Shown: piece by piece, positions 12,294 to 24,169 of the stretch | Layout: each line of letters starts with the position of its first letter | How positions within the stretch are numbered: the stretch's first letter is position 1 | Origin: Octopus bimaculoides | Taxonomy: Eukaryota | Assembly: GCF_001194135.2 (NCBI RefSeq) | Contig: NC_068981.1 | Span: forward strand, 4,851,695 to 4,915,694 | Reading direction: 5' to 3' | DNA: 64,000 bases | Position numbers and translations under genes: made by a program | Notes under the pieces: model-generated | What the model was told of the DNA's origin: nothing | Database searches by the model: none | The model's input: only the letters and a program-made list of their open reading frames with translations

Positions 12294-12806
12294 TTAAGAA
12301 CTGGTTTGAGTTATTTATTCCATGATTTGACAATTCCAAACATGAAAAAAAAAATGTTTCTGAAAGTGATGAGTGCAGCATGGTTTTATTTATATTATTA
12401 TTATGTCTGCAATTGGAAGAGAGATTGAAGTGAAACAGGTGGCCAAAGTTGTTGGGAAAATAGTGGATAATCTTACAAGTCAGCTTCAGCATTGATATCC
12501 AGAAAAGCAAGACATTTAAAATATGGTAAGTGACTGACAGAGTATATTTGTCTGGTTCCACATCTCAGGACTGTTTCCAATAGACTGATATTCTAAAGAG
12601 GAAGATGGAGATGCAAACTGTTAAGTGTGGATGCACTTAAATAGCTTTATATATATTTAAATAGCTATGTTTAAATGTACTGTATGTGTGTGTGTATATA
12701 TATATATATATGTATGTATGTATATGTATATATGTATGTGTATATATATATGAATGTATATGTATGTATGTGTATATATATATGTATGTGTATATGTATG
12801 TAGGTA

Positions 12807-12844
<38 letters not shown>

Positions 12845-12889
12845 CTTGGACTCAAAACTATTAGAAATATCAAGTGAAAGTCAATATAT

Positions 12890-13560
12890 TTGGTGTCTGT
12901 TCTGCTGTGGATCAACATGCATCAGCTTGTAACAGGAATTCGAAACCGGATCCCTGGATATGTGGTCAAATACCACAACCAAACCACAGTAGTTTCACAT
13001 GATCAGTCTACTAAGCAATCAGTGTCAAGCCTTCATGTAATTCAGTCTTCTAGAATCTTCTTCTTGTACCCTATATAAAGGTGCCATTTGGCACCTAAAC
13101 TCTTTACAGAGCACTGAGACCAGCCAACTCATTTATACATTTCACCTCTTGCCAAGTGGCTGAGTAACACATGCCTCCACTCCAGCCAAGCAGCTCTGAC
13201 AAATTGCAGAATGTTCAGGTACCTGGTAGTTGTGTTTCCATTCTTGCCACAGCCAGACGACCCATGAAGACAGTTAAGATAGATGACAGGAATCTCCATC
13301 ACCAAGAATATGGCACAATTGTTTCCAGTTATGTCAAGCGACCCACATGTTGCTTGCCATAAACTCCAATCAGTATGTCTCACCCAGTATGTAATTATTG
13401 GTGTTGTTATTTGTAAAAGACCAACACAGGTTACCTGTGTACAATAATAAAATCTTCTGTTAATTGTTTGCAGATGTTGTCGGTTACTTTCTCATGCAGC
13501 CCAAGAAATACATTTTCATTCATCAACTTGACCAGTCATCACCACAGACCAGCCAACAAA
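12890..13560. repeat. Unclassified ~650-bp dispersed repeat
   Basis: Similar in reverse orientation to about 28330-28900 (shared blocks cataactggaaacaattgtgc.atattc, aagaagattcta.aagactgaat and aataaaatcttctgtt). A partial third copy is at about 28015-28200. Confidence 0.6.
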
Positions 13561-13621
13561 CACACTCGCGACAAGCTCTTTATTTCAACTCTATATTTAA
13601 AAGATGAGGAATTATGTACAT

Positions 13622-13757
13622 TATTTACATTTGATGGATATTTGTCCTCATCTTGTTTGTTGTTAACACAACGTTTCGGCTGATATACCCTCCAGCCTTC
13701 ATCAGGTGTCTTGGGGAAATTTCGAACCTGGGTTCTCATTCCTAAGGTATTTTTCGA

Positions 13758-13801
<44 letters not shown>

Positions 13802-13872
13802 TCACTGCCTGGAATCAAACTTGGAATCTTGGGGTTAGTAGCCTGCACTCTTAACCACTATGTCATATGCCC
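13622..13872 (-). mobile_element. tRNA-headed short element carrying a hammerhead ribozyme (copy 1, left arm of a palindrome)
   Basis: Minus strand reads: gggcatatgacatagtggttaagagtgcaggctactaaccccaagattccaagtttgattccaggcagtgacctga, then (ATA)n, then the hammerhead, then aacaacaaacaagatgaggacaaatatccatcaaatgtaaataa. Confidence 0.8.
13665..13710 (-). ncRNA. Minimal type-I hammerhead ribozyme (Penelope-like type), intact core
   Basis: Sequence GACAC CTGATGA A GGCTG gagggtatat CAGCC GAAA CG TT GTGTT. Stem I is GACAC/GTGTT and stem II is GGCTG/CAGCC. The CUGAUGA and GAAA cores are present, stem III is palindromic (ACGU) and the predicted cleavage is after GUU. There is one extra A after A9. Confidence 0.8.
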
Positions 13873-13875
13873 GTG

Positions 13876-14087
13876 GGTTAAGTGTACAGGCTATTAACCC
13901 CAAGATTCCGAGTTCAATTCCAGTCAGTGACCTGAATAATAATAATAATAACATCGAAAAATACCTTAGGAATGAGAACCCAGGTTTGAGATTTCCCCAA
14001 GACACCTGATGAAGGCTGGAGGGTATATCAGCCGAAACATGTTAACAACAAACAAGATGAGGACAAATATCTGTCAAATGTAAATAA
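13876..14087 (+). mobile_element. Inverted, 5'-truncated copy of the hammerhead element (right arm)
   Basis: Reverse complement of 13622-13856 with scattered mismatches and a shorter AAT run. The hammerhead core at 14001-14043 has an altered cleavage region (GAAACATGTT). Confidence 0.8.
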
Positions 14088-15384
14088 AGCTGTTTATTTT
14101 ATAGGAAACAGGATGAAGACACTAATCACAAACAGGTGGAGATTACAAATATAGATTTCCTGATTATGGAGAGTGTGTGTTCTGGTCATGTACACTGGAT
14201 AATTAATAATGGCCAAGAATTTATTAGTTTTGAGAAATTATTTATTTTATATTATGATTGCTGAATCAACATCATTAGTTATAGGGATCAATCACTGGTT
14301 TATGGTATTTGTGATGGTGAGCAGCAAGGGAGTGTATGTAGTATGGCACAGAACAAATATATCAAGGGACTTCATTCGTGAATCACTGGTTTTCAATTCT
14401 CTTGCTGATTTCGACATACATACAAACATATATACACATGTATGTATGTACGTATATATATATATATACATATACACACACATATATGTGTGAGTGTGTG
14501 TACATTTTACAGATATAACTTTTCAAGTATATGGATTGCACAATGATGTTTCAAGCATAGAAATTGGAAAAGAAAAACTTGCAAAAGTTACGGAAAATGG
14601 TGCAAACAAATTTGAGGAGGATTGGAATGTCCAAATGCCTCCATTTTTNNNNNNNNNNCTCGGAAAAAATTTCAAGAAAATTCAGCAAAAAATATCCATT
14701 TTTCAGAAATTTCAGATATGTATTCTATCAAGAAGAAAGAAAATCGTGGGGCACCAATCTGAAGATATGCCCTGAAATTATCGTTCGTCTTCACCTGTCT
14801 CATTAAACATATAAAGGGGAGGTAACTTAGTCTAGTTTTGTTGAATGCCGTTTAAATTGTCAGTAAATAATTACTCTTTTACTTGTTTCAGTCATTTGAC
14901 TGTGGCCATGCTGGGACACCACCTTTAGTCGAGTAAATCGACCCCAGGACTTATTCTATCGGTCTCTTTTGCCGAACCACTAGATAAGTTACGGGGACAT
15001 AAACACACCACCATCGGTTGTCAAGTGATGTTGGGGGGACAAACAGACACACAAACACACACCACTTAGCTAGTGGTTCGGCAAAAGAGACCGATATATA
15101 TATATGCGACAGGGCTCTTTCAGTTTCCGTCTACCAAATCCACTCACATGGTTTTGATCTGTCTGAGGCTATAGTAGAAGACACTTGCCCAAGATGCCAC
15201 GCAGTGGGAATGAACCCAGAACCATGTGGTTGGTAAGCAAGTTACCACACAGCCACTCCTGCGCCTATGAAAAGAAAATTATTATATTTGTTTAGGGAGT
15301 TTCAGGAAGGTTTAATAATGCGTGCGTACATACATACATACATACATATATAGGACACTATAATAAAATCTGTTGGAAGGGTAA

Positions 15385-16035
15385 CCCCAAGGACAAGGAA
15401 ATAAGAATCCACAGTATGGTAGAAGCCATAGCCACTGATAATAAAAAGGAGTAGTGGTGGAATGTTCCAGTGAAGACCTCAATAGAATGTAAGCACAATA
15501 GACCTGATATAATGATTTGGGATAGAGAAGAGAAACTGTGCACAGTTGTGGAAATTAGCTGCCCAGCAGATATTAACATAAAGCTGAAGGTCAGTGAAAA
15601 AGAGAACACCAATGCTGAACTATTGATAAATTTGCAGTTAATCTATCCAGATTACAAGTTCAGGTTTATACCTGTAATTATTTGGGCCCTGGGATATGTA
15701 ACACTACCTAAATACCAATCTTGAGAAATTAGCCTTCTCAAAACCAGAAGGGAGAAAGCTTATTCGAAGACTACAGATCCAATCCATCACTGGAACTGTA
15801 GAAATTTGTCAAACATTCCAGAAGTTTATCATTTAAATATATATGGACATGTCTAGATATGTAATTATATGTATGAGAATACATACATAATGCAAACCAT
15901 ACAAATCTGCTCATATATATACAAACAAAAATACCCTGTTGTTGATGTTGAAATTCCAATGAAGGAGCTTTGGAACTAGGTTAGAAACCAGCTCTTTCTC
16001 TATTGGCAAGAAATCTTGAAATAAAACTGAACAAT
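15385..16035 (+). mobile_element. 3' fragment of an R4/Dong-like (restriction-like endonuclease) non-LTR retrotransposon
   Basis: Translation WWNVPVKTSIECKHNRPDIMIWDREEKLCTVVEISCP...FRFIPVIIWALGYV is a PD-(D/E)xK-type RLE domain. The terminal motif aaataaaactgaacaat resembles the 3' end of the element at 41993. Confidence 0.8.
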
Positions 16036-16276
16036 GTTCCCTACTCTTCCTGCTTCACAACTAGTATTGGTGCGTTTATGTTCCTGTAACTTAGCAGTTC
16101 AGCAAAACAGAGGAAATAAATAAGTACTAGGCTTAAAAATAAACTAAGTCTTGGGAGTCGACTTGTTTGACTAAAACCCTTCAAGGTGGTGCTCCAGCAT
16201 GGCTACAGTCAAATGACTGAAACAAGTAAAAGATAAAAGAATCTATATTTGTCTGAGTGTGCGTGTGTATATACAT

Positions 16277-16307
<31 letters not shown>

Positions 16308-16406
16308 CATATTATATAGATATATATATATATATATATATATATANNNNNNNNNNNNNNNNNNNNNNNNNNNNNNNNNNNNNNNNNNNNNNNNNNNNNN
16401 NNNNNN

Positions 16407-16437
<31 letters not shown>

Positions 16438-16499
16438 CGAGAGGCTGCATGTTTTTAATTTTGCACATGCACATTGTTTTTGATTTTGTTGACTACACA

Positions 16500-17312
16500 G
16501 TATAGTACAGTCAGTTGGGCACCGTCTGGTATGGACATGTGGCAAGAATGGATGAGGATAGCTGTGTGAAAAAGTTCCACACCCTAGCGGTTGAGGGAAC
16601 CTGTGGAAGAAGCAGGTCCAGGAAGACCTGGGATGAGGTGGTGAAGCATGACCTTTGAACATTAGGTCTCACCAAGGCAATGACTTGTGACCGAGACCTT
16701 TGGAAATATGCTGTGCATGAGAAGACTCGGCAAGCCAAGTGAGATCATAACCCATAGCCTATACCAGGGGTGTAACCAGCCCACTTATGCATACCTTTCT
16801 TTCATTGGACACTAAGCTCTGCTTGTGAAGACCTGTTGAGCCAAGTGAAATTGAAATCGAATCAAATTCGATGACTGGCACCCGTGCCAGTGGAGCGCTA
16901 AGAGCACCATCCGACCATGATCGTTGCAAGAGCTGCTGACTGGCTTCCATGCCAGAAGCACATAAAATGCACCATTCAAGCGTCACCTTACAGGCACTTG
17001 TGCCGGTGGCACATGAAAAAACATTCGAGCGAGGTCGTTGCTAATGCCGCCAGACTGGCTCCTGTGCAGGTGGCATGTAAAACACACCATTTGAGCGTGG
17101 CCGTTGCCAGTACCGCCTGACTGGCCCTCATGCTGGTGGCACATAAAAGCACCCACTACACTCTCAGAGTGGTTGGCATTAGGAAGAGCATCCAGCTGTA
17201 GAAACTCTGCCAGATCAGATTGGAGCCTGGTGCAGCCATCTGGTTCGCCAGTCCTCAGTCAAATCATCCAACTCATGCTAGCATGGAAAGCGGACATATG
17301 ATGATGATGAGG
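16500..17312 (+). mobile_element. 5'-truncated RTE-clade LINE (end of ORF plus 3' UTR)
   Basis: Encodes YGHVARMDEDSCVKKFHTLAVEGTCGR..RKTWDEVVKHDL. The 3' UTR with subrepeats and a GAT tail follows. Confidence 0.85.
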
Positions 17313-18046
17313 AGGAGGAGGAGGATGATTGGTCAACTCAAGGCTACTGTATAAGACATTTACCCAAAGTACTAGACAGCAGAGGTAAACAACCTGGGAC
17401 CACATGGAGACCTCATGGTTCCAAAGGCTAAATTTCTTAACTGTATGGCTATGCCCTGAAAAACAAGGTAACAGCTTATGTACACACAATAACCTTAACT
17501 GCAAAATTCCACTGCTAATTCTGGTCAGGATACACAAAACAACTGAATGCAAATCTCTCTGGTTTGGTTCTTCGACACAATAAGAAAATGTCAGTGACAT
17601 CCATTCTGTAAAATGGTAAGTCTATAGAAGTCTGATTGTTCATTGAAGGAATGTCCAGTTCTATGTTCTTCAAATGTTTGGTTTGTAGAACCATAAAATG
17701 GAAATCAATAATTTTGTCTCCATTTTATTGTGGATTAACATAGATTATCTCTTTTATTAGATCTGTGTGTAATGGGTGAGGGGAGGAGGAGGAGGAGAGA
17801 GATTCAGTCAGTCGTAGACGATGGGGACGGAAGAAGGAGGAAAGAAAAAAACAACAAGGATGGTAAAGATAAAAGTAAAATGCAATGAAGAAATAAAGAA
17901 AAAATAACCAGTTAAAATTATTTTACGTATAGAGAAATACCAGAAGGTATATGACAGCAGCTTACAACAACAACAACAATAATAACAACAACAACAACAA
18001 TAATAATAATAATAACAACAATAATAATAACAATAATAATAATAAT

Positions 18047-18585
18047 GATTTCATTTATTTGCCACAAGGGCGAAAGTTGAGGGGGACAATACAGAGACAG
18101 ACATAAAGTGTTGGGGTTTCCATATAATAATGAAATGATGAAAAAAAAAAGTATACATGGTATACACTGGAAAAGAGGGGACATATTCATAGCATACAAA
18201 GGTTAAAAAAAAGTGGGGGAGGATGATAGAGATGTGGCTCTCTTGATATAGGGATGCCTCTAGGGGTAATCGAGGAACCCCACTGTCTGAGATTTCCTTG
18301 AAACCCTAGGAGCAAGTGCCCTCTCCAATTCCTTCTCTCCGACTCACAGGTCTACACTTAGAGAGGTACCATCCACTCTTGCCATTTTCATAACTTTCAC
18401 TCACCTTTCAGTAAACTCACTTGAGGACAGCACTTCCCTCTCCACTCTCAATTTCCTTTTCAAGTGAAACTTGAAGAAGTCAATGAGAGCTGTACCAAAG
18501 AGGAATGTATCTGTCCCCATGCCTTTCAGCCTTGTCCACCAAACAACCTCTTTCGAGCCACCAGGCAAGGGAAAACTGCCTTGCC
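18047..18585 (-). mobile_element. 3' end of an L1/Tx1-type LINE
   Basis: Minus-strand translation KEVVWWTRLKGMGTDTFLFGTALIDFFKFHLKRKLRVEREVLSSSEFTER*VKVMKMARVDG resembles an L1/Tx1 ORF2 C-terminus. The 3' UTR ends aataaatgaaatc followed by (ATT)n. Confidence 0.65.
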
Positions 18586-18924
18586 GGCCTGATTTCTACA
18601 ATAGGCACAAGACCTGAAATTTTGGGGGAGAGGACTAGTTGGTCACAGCAACCAGAATGCTCAACTGGTACTTATTTTATTCTTCTCTACTCTAGGCACA
18701 AGGCCTGAAATTTTGGGGGAGGGGGCCAGTCGATTAGATCGATCCCAGTACACAACTGGCACTTATTTCATTGACTCACAAATGGATGAAACGCAAAGTC
18801 AACCCTGGTAGAATTTGAACTCAGAATGTAAGGATAGACAACAATAATACACACTCAATAATAATAACGACACTAGTAATAAATAACCCTTTCTACTATA
18901 GGCACAAGGATTATATAAATATAG

Positions 18925-19980
18925 GGCCTCTCACTCAGAGTAAAAGGCAGACTGTATGATGCATGTGTACGAACAGCCATGCTTCATGGCAGTGAAACAT
19001 GGGCCGTGACTGCTGAAGACATGCGTAGGCTCGCAAGGAGTGAAGCCAGTATGCTCCAATGGATGTGTAATGTCAGTGTGCATACTAGACAGAGTGTAAA
19101 TATCTTGAGAGAAAAGTTGAACCTAAGAAGCATCAGTTGTGGTGTGCAAGAGAGACGATTGCGCTGGTATGGTCATGTAGCGAGAATGGATGAGGATAGC
19201 TGTGTGAAAAAGTGCCACACCCTAGCAGTGGAGGGAACCTGTGGAAGAGGTAGGCCCAGAAAGACCTGGGATGAGGTGGTGAGGCAAGACCTTTNNNNNN
19301 NNNNNNNNNNNNNNNNNNNNNNNNNNNNNNNNNNNNNNNNNNNNNNNNNNNNNNNNNNNNNNNNNNNNNNNNNNNNNNNNNNNNNNNNNNNNNNNNNNNN
19401 NNNNNNNNNNNNNNNNNNNNNNNNNNNNNNNNNNNNNNNNNNNNNNNNNNNNNNNNNNNNNNNNNNNNNNNNNNNNNNNNNNNNNGTGTAGCCAGCCCAC
19501 TTATGCGTACCTTTCCTTCCTTGGACACTAAACTCCGCTTGCGAAGACCTGTTGAGGCAAGTGATATCGAAATCGAACTAAATTCGACGACTGGCACCCA
19601 TGCCAACGTCATCTCCTTCATTGGATACGAAACTCAGCTTGCGAAGACTTGTTGGGGCAAGCAAAATCGTGATGGCACCTGTGCCCAGCGTCGCCTTTCT
19701 GGCACTTGTGCCCACAGCATGTGTAAGGACTTTCGTAAAAAACACCATTTGAGCGTGGCCATTGCCAGTATCGCCTGACTGGCCCTCGTGCTGGTGGCAC
19801 GTAAAAGCGCCTACTACACTCTCGGAGTGGTTGGTGTTAGGAAGGGCATCTAGCTGTAGAAACTCTGCCAAATCAGATTGGAGCCTGGTGTAGCCATCGG
19901 GTTTCACCAGTCCTCAGTCAAATCGTCCAACCCAGGCTAGCATAGAAAGCGGATGTTAAACGATGATGATGATGATGATA
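18925..19980 (+). mobile_element. 5'-truncated RTE-clade LINE, RT C-terminal region plus 3' UTR (contains an N gap)
   Basis: Encodes LRVKGRLYDACVRTAMLHGSETWAVTAEDMRRL...ERRLRWYGHVARMDEDS...GRGRPRKTWDEVVRQDL. Ends gttaaacgatgatgatgatg. Confidence 0.9.
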
Positions 19981-21974
19981 TATGATGGACTCTCCCATCA
20001 AAGCTGATATATGAGCATTCAGCTTTTGTCAAATGACCTGCATGACAAATGATTTGTTTATTGCGATCAAATGTTCGTGCTGTACATTAATTCACTCTCT
20101 CCATCAAATCAACATTACCTGAACAGGTGCACAGGTATGCCATGTGTCAGTCAGGTGTCAAAGTGATTGCAGAGCAGCGTGAGATGGAGTGTTTTGCTCA
20201 AGAACACAACACACCACCTGGTCCAGGAATTGAAACCACAATTTTACAATTGTAAGTGCAACACCCTAATCAGGATAAGTCCCACTGGGTAAGTCTCCTC
20301 AACTGTAGCTTCAGGCCAACCAAAGCCTTGTGAGTGGATTTGGTAGATGGAAACTGAAAGAAGCTCATCATATACCTGTATACATCCCAATTAACTATAT
20401 TTTGGCAAACTGTTGAACCAATGGCAATATGCAGCATGGACATTAGATTATGTTGATAATAATGATGATTAATTTATATCCAGAGGTTGTCTCCCCTGAA
20501 TTTCTTGACCAGAATTAGTCAATCAAGTGATTATTTATTATTCCCCACCTCATTATTGTTGTGATTATAATCAAACTTTCTTGGCTATAATTAATTTCAT
20601 CTTTAATTTCATTGTTATGTCCCACTTTCTAATATATCTAACAAATTTAAGGCTAAAACATGCTGAAGATTTCTAAAAAGGATGAAATAGTGCTCTACAC
20701 GATAACCACTAACTAGAAGTTGTAAGAACTTCACTCTAAATAATAGTAAAAACAAAAGAATTTGAATGTGTGTGTGTGTGTTCTCTCTATATTGCTTGAT
20801 TTCAAGTTCAAACTTCCAATTCCATATTGTGAGGAGATAATTACCTCCCTTTGTAATAACACTCATTCAGAGAGCACTGCGTATGTTTCTTGGCTCCTTC
20901 CTTCATCAAGTACGGAGAGGACAGACAATGAAACAGCAAGTGATACTTACTTCTTCTGCAATATGTAAGCCCTCCAGCTTACTAAATCTTCTGTCACCTC
21001 TGTGGGCTTTAGTGTTATTAAATTCATTGCTTGAAAGATGATAGGAATCATAGCTACACACTGAAAGTTTATCCTAGAATGGAATGGAAAAACATTTACT
21101 AAAGTCAGTCTGACAAGGGGAATAATTCTTTCTTCAACATTATAGAGATTAATAAGGAAACATGGTTACCACATGGCAGGAAACACATCTAGGATTACAG
21201 CAATTCATCATCATCGTCATCAATATCATCATTGTTTTTACATCCCCTTTTCCATGCTTATATGAGTGAGATGAAATTCGTTGCATTGGATTTTCTACAA
21301 CCTGATGCCTCTCCTGTCACCAATCCTCACAAGTTTTCAAGCAAAATGATATTGCTCCATGGCCAGACATGTTTACATGTGCAGAATGCCTAATTATAAA
21401 AATATAAGAGGATTTTTTTTTAAACATTGAATGGCTATGAGGATCCACCCAAATAATATAGGTGTCAAAAGGATCCATAGCTAAAGAATGGTTGAGAACC
21501 ACAGTTTTGACAGCCTTGGTTTGAAACATTATCTTGTGTCTTTTGTTAGACATAGGACTTTCCACTTCCTCTGGTCTTGTGCTTCTCTCCATCATTTTGG
21601 TCTGAATTTCTCAAGATCATTTCATAGTTCCATAAGTAGTTTCTGAAGATCCAATGTGTTGATCCTGAAGTTCATTGATTGTCTGTCGTCCCCAGCACAT
21701 AACCTGTCTTGTTCCTCATCAACTTGATCATGTCAATCGTTTGTCCACAGGTTTTGTAACTTTGAGGTCCCTTACTTGAAAAAGAAGTAAGGGTTAGCAA
21801 AGGAACTGCATCTCTCTATAAAACAATGCCTCGATATTCATGTAACCCGTACTGGACATGAAAACTTAAACAAAAACTGGTTGTGATGTAAAGGGACTAC
21901 AAACCTAACTACATCACCCAGTTTGCCGACCCACTGTAATTCTTGAGTCAACTGATGATTAGCGACAGGTTGAT

Positions 21975-22385
21975 CAATTTCCCCTAATGTTGCTAATTAA
22001 TTACAAGCTGGTATATTACTTTCTTTCTGTTACAAACGGTTAACTATAGGCCAGTATATTTTCCCTACTGTTACTAGTGGTTAACCACAAGCTGGTAGAT
22101 TTCCTTTCTGTTACTAACTACTGGCTGGTATACATTTCCACTGCTGCTAATGGTTAATTACAACCTGGTATGTTTCCCTGCTGTTACTATTGGATAACTA
22201 CAGGTCAGTATATTCCTTAATGACTTACCTAAAGACTGGTATAGTTCTTTCTCTACTGTTGCTAATGGTTAACTGCAGGTTGGTAGATTTCGCTACTGTT
22301 GCTAACAGTTATCTACGAGTCAGCATATTTTACTACCGTTGATAATCGTTAATTACAAGTTAGTATACACCTCACCATAGTTGTT
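21975..22385. repeat. Degenerate ~39-bp minisatellite (about 10 units) inside an old RTE-like remnant
   Basis: Unit approximately ctactgttgctaatggttaactacaggctggtatatttc. The flank at about 22480-22560 translates LIWGPTQGKRKQGSPAMTGIDV, resembling an RTE 3' end. Confidence 0.7.
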
Positions 22386-23407
22386 AATTACATGATGGTA
22401 TATTAATATTGATATATTAATCAAAACTGAATAAATTTTAGTGGAAACTCCTAAAGAAGTAGAATTAATTCCTCAACCGCTAATATGGGGACCCACCCAG
22501 GGAAAGAGAAAGCAAGGAAGTCCTGCAATGACAGGCATCGATGTTGTGGAACATGAATCTGTCGCTCTTTCATCAATCGTGAACTTGTAAAGGAAGACAG
22601 AGATCAATGAAAACTAATTACCAATGCAGCCTGATTATCATCAATACGACGATGAGGAGTGTGTAATCAAAATCGCCGAACAATAGCCTAATGTTTCATA
22701 AGCATTTAGTCTCCAGTTCAAGTTTTCCCACAATTCTAGAGAGATCCAAAGAGAAATCAAACATACGGATTCTCTTTAGACTTAAATAAATACCAGATTT
22801 TCAGTCATGCACTTCAAAAATATCCGACCACAGGATTAATTCCAACATGTCATATCGCTCTATGTAGGTCACTAACGCTTTTAGGAAAGAACATGACTAT
22901 CACAAACTCACATTCTTCAAGGCGACCCCAGCAGGTGTGGTCCCGGGAATTTTTCGAAGGGATGGCACAAGGTCAGAAGGGAATACAATTCCAGAAGAAA
23001 AGGGCGTAATGACATTATTTAGAAGGGCGCACTTCTGTTCTTGGAGGGGAGGGGGCTCCCCCTCTTGGGTCCGACCCTGCCCAGCGGAACTTGAACTCGT
23101 AAACCCGAAGGACGAAATGAAGCATTCAGTCTGCTGTTTTGTCCTAACACAACGTCCTTGTATAAGACATCGATATTGTTTGTTGAACTTATTGACAAGG
23201 TTTATAATACAGACAGACAGACAACAAACAGAGAGAGAGAGAAAGAGAGAAAAATATTAACAAATATATATATATACATAACAAATAATGTACACAGAAA
23301 TGTACGTACGTGTGTGTATGTGTATATATATNNNNNNNNNNNNNNNNNNNNNNNNNNNNNNNNNNNNNNNNNNNNNNNNNNNNNNNNNNNNNNNNNNNNN
23401 NNNNNNN

Positions 23408-23468
<61 letters not shown>

Positions 23469-24169
23469 GGCTACATACATACATACATACACACATACAT
23501 ACATGCATGCACACACACACATATACAAAACATACATTCGTGTAGGTAGATGTGCTTCTTTTTCGATATATGATCCACTGACCACACACACACGCGCGCA
23601 CGCACACACACACACACACACACATGTATATGTATATGTAAACAGGAAACTACTGATGCTCACAAAACAATTGATTGTTGTTGGGTGAAAATGAAAAGCC
23701 TTGTAAAATCGTTCGAGTGGTTCGCATCACCGCTGTAACCATTAACAACCATTGACAACCATTGACGGAGAATTACTTACACGAATTACATTAGCGTTGT
23801 TATAAAATGTCCTTTGAGGGGGCAACTTCGCTAAAGGTGGCAAGAAAAAATAGCCGGACAGCTCACACGGTTTCCCTGTCAAGAGAAATTCATCTGTGCT
23901 TGTTTTCACAGAAATTGTCTGGGTCATAGTTCAGATATTTACGTGTCCCGAAGATCCTATGATACTCTTACAACGTACCTGTTGATCGCTGTTATTTCGT
24001 CACGTTACGTAGTCTTTAAACTATGGATGTACAAAAGCGTAGCTATTAATCTTCAAGCGATATAAGTGATATTTGTTTTTTTTTCATTTTTATTTTCAAA
24101 GAAATTTAATAAAATTATTGTTATATTTCGGGACGGCCATTGTTTTTTTTGCCCGATATACACACGCAC

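Noticed and set aside
12637-12918. ORFs rich in YI/HT/CV dipeptides (also about 16200-16480, 23150-23690, 30050-30670, 35450-35890, 51520-51750 and 59070-59370)
   Set aside because: They are translations of (TA)n/(CA)n microsatellites, not genes.
17529-17621. Plus-strand segment bounded by ggtcag| and ATG|GTAAGT
   Set aside because: All three frames contain stops. Isolated GTAAGT hexamers are expected by chance in AT-rich DNA.
21975-22385. 39-bp (in-frame length) tandem repeat as a possible repetitive coding exon
   Set aside because: The consensus has stops in five frames, and the units carry frame-breaking indels.
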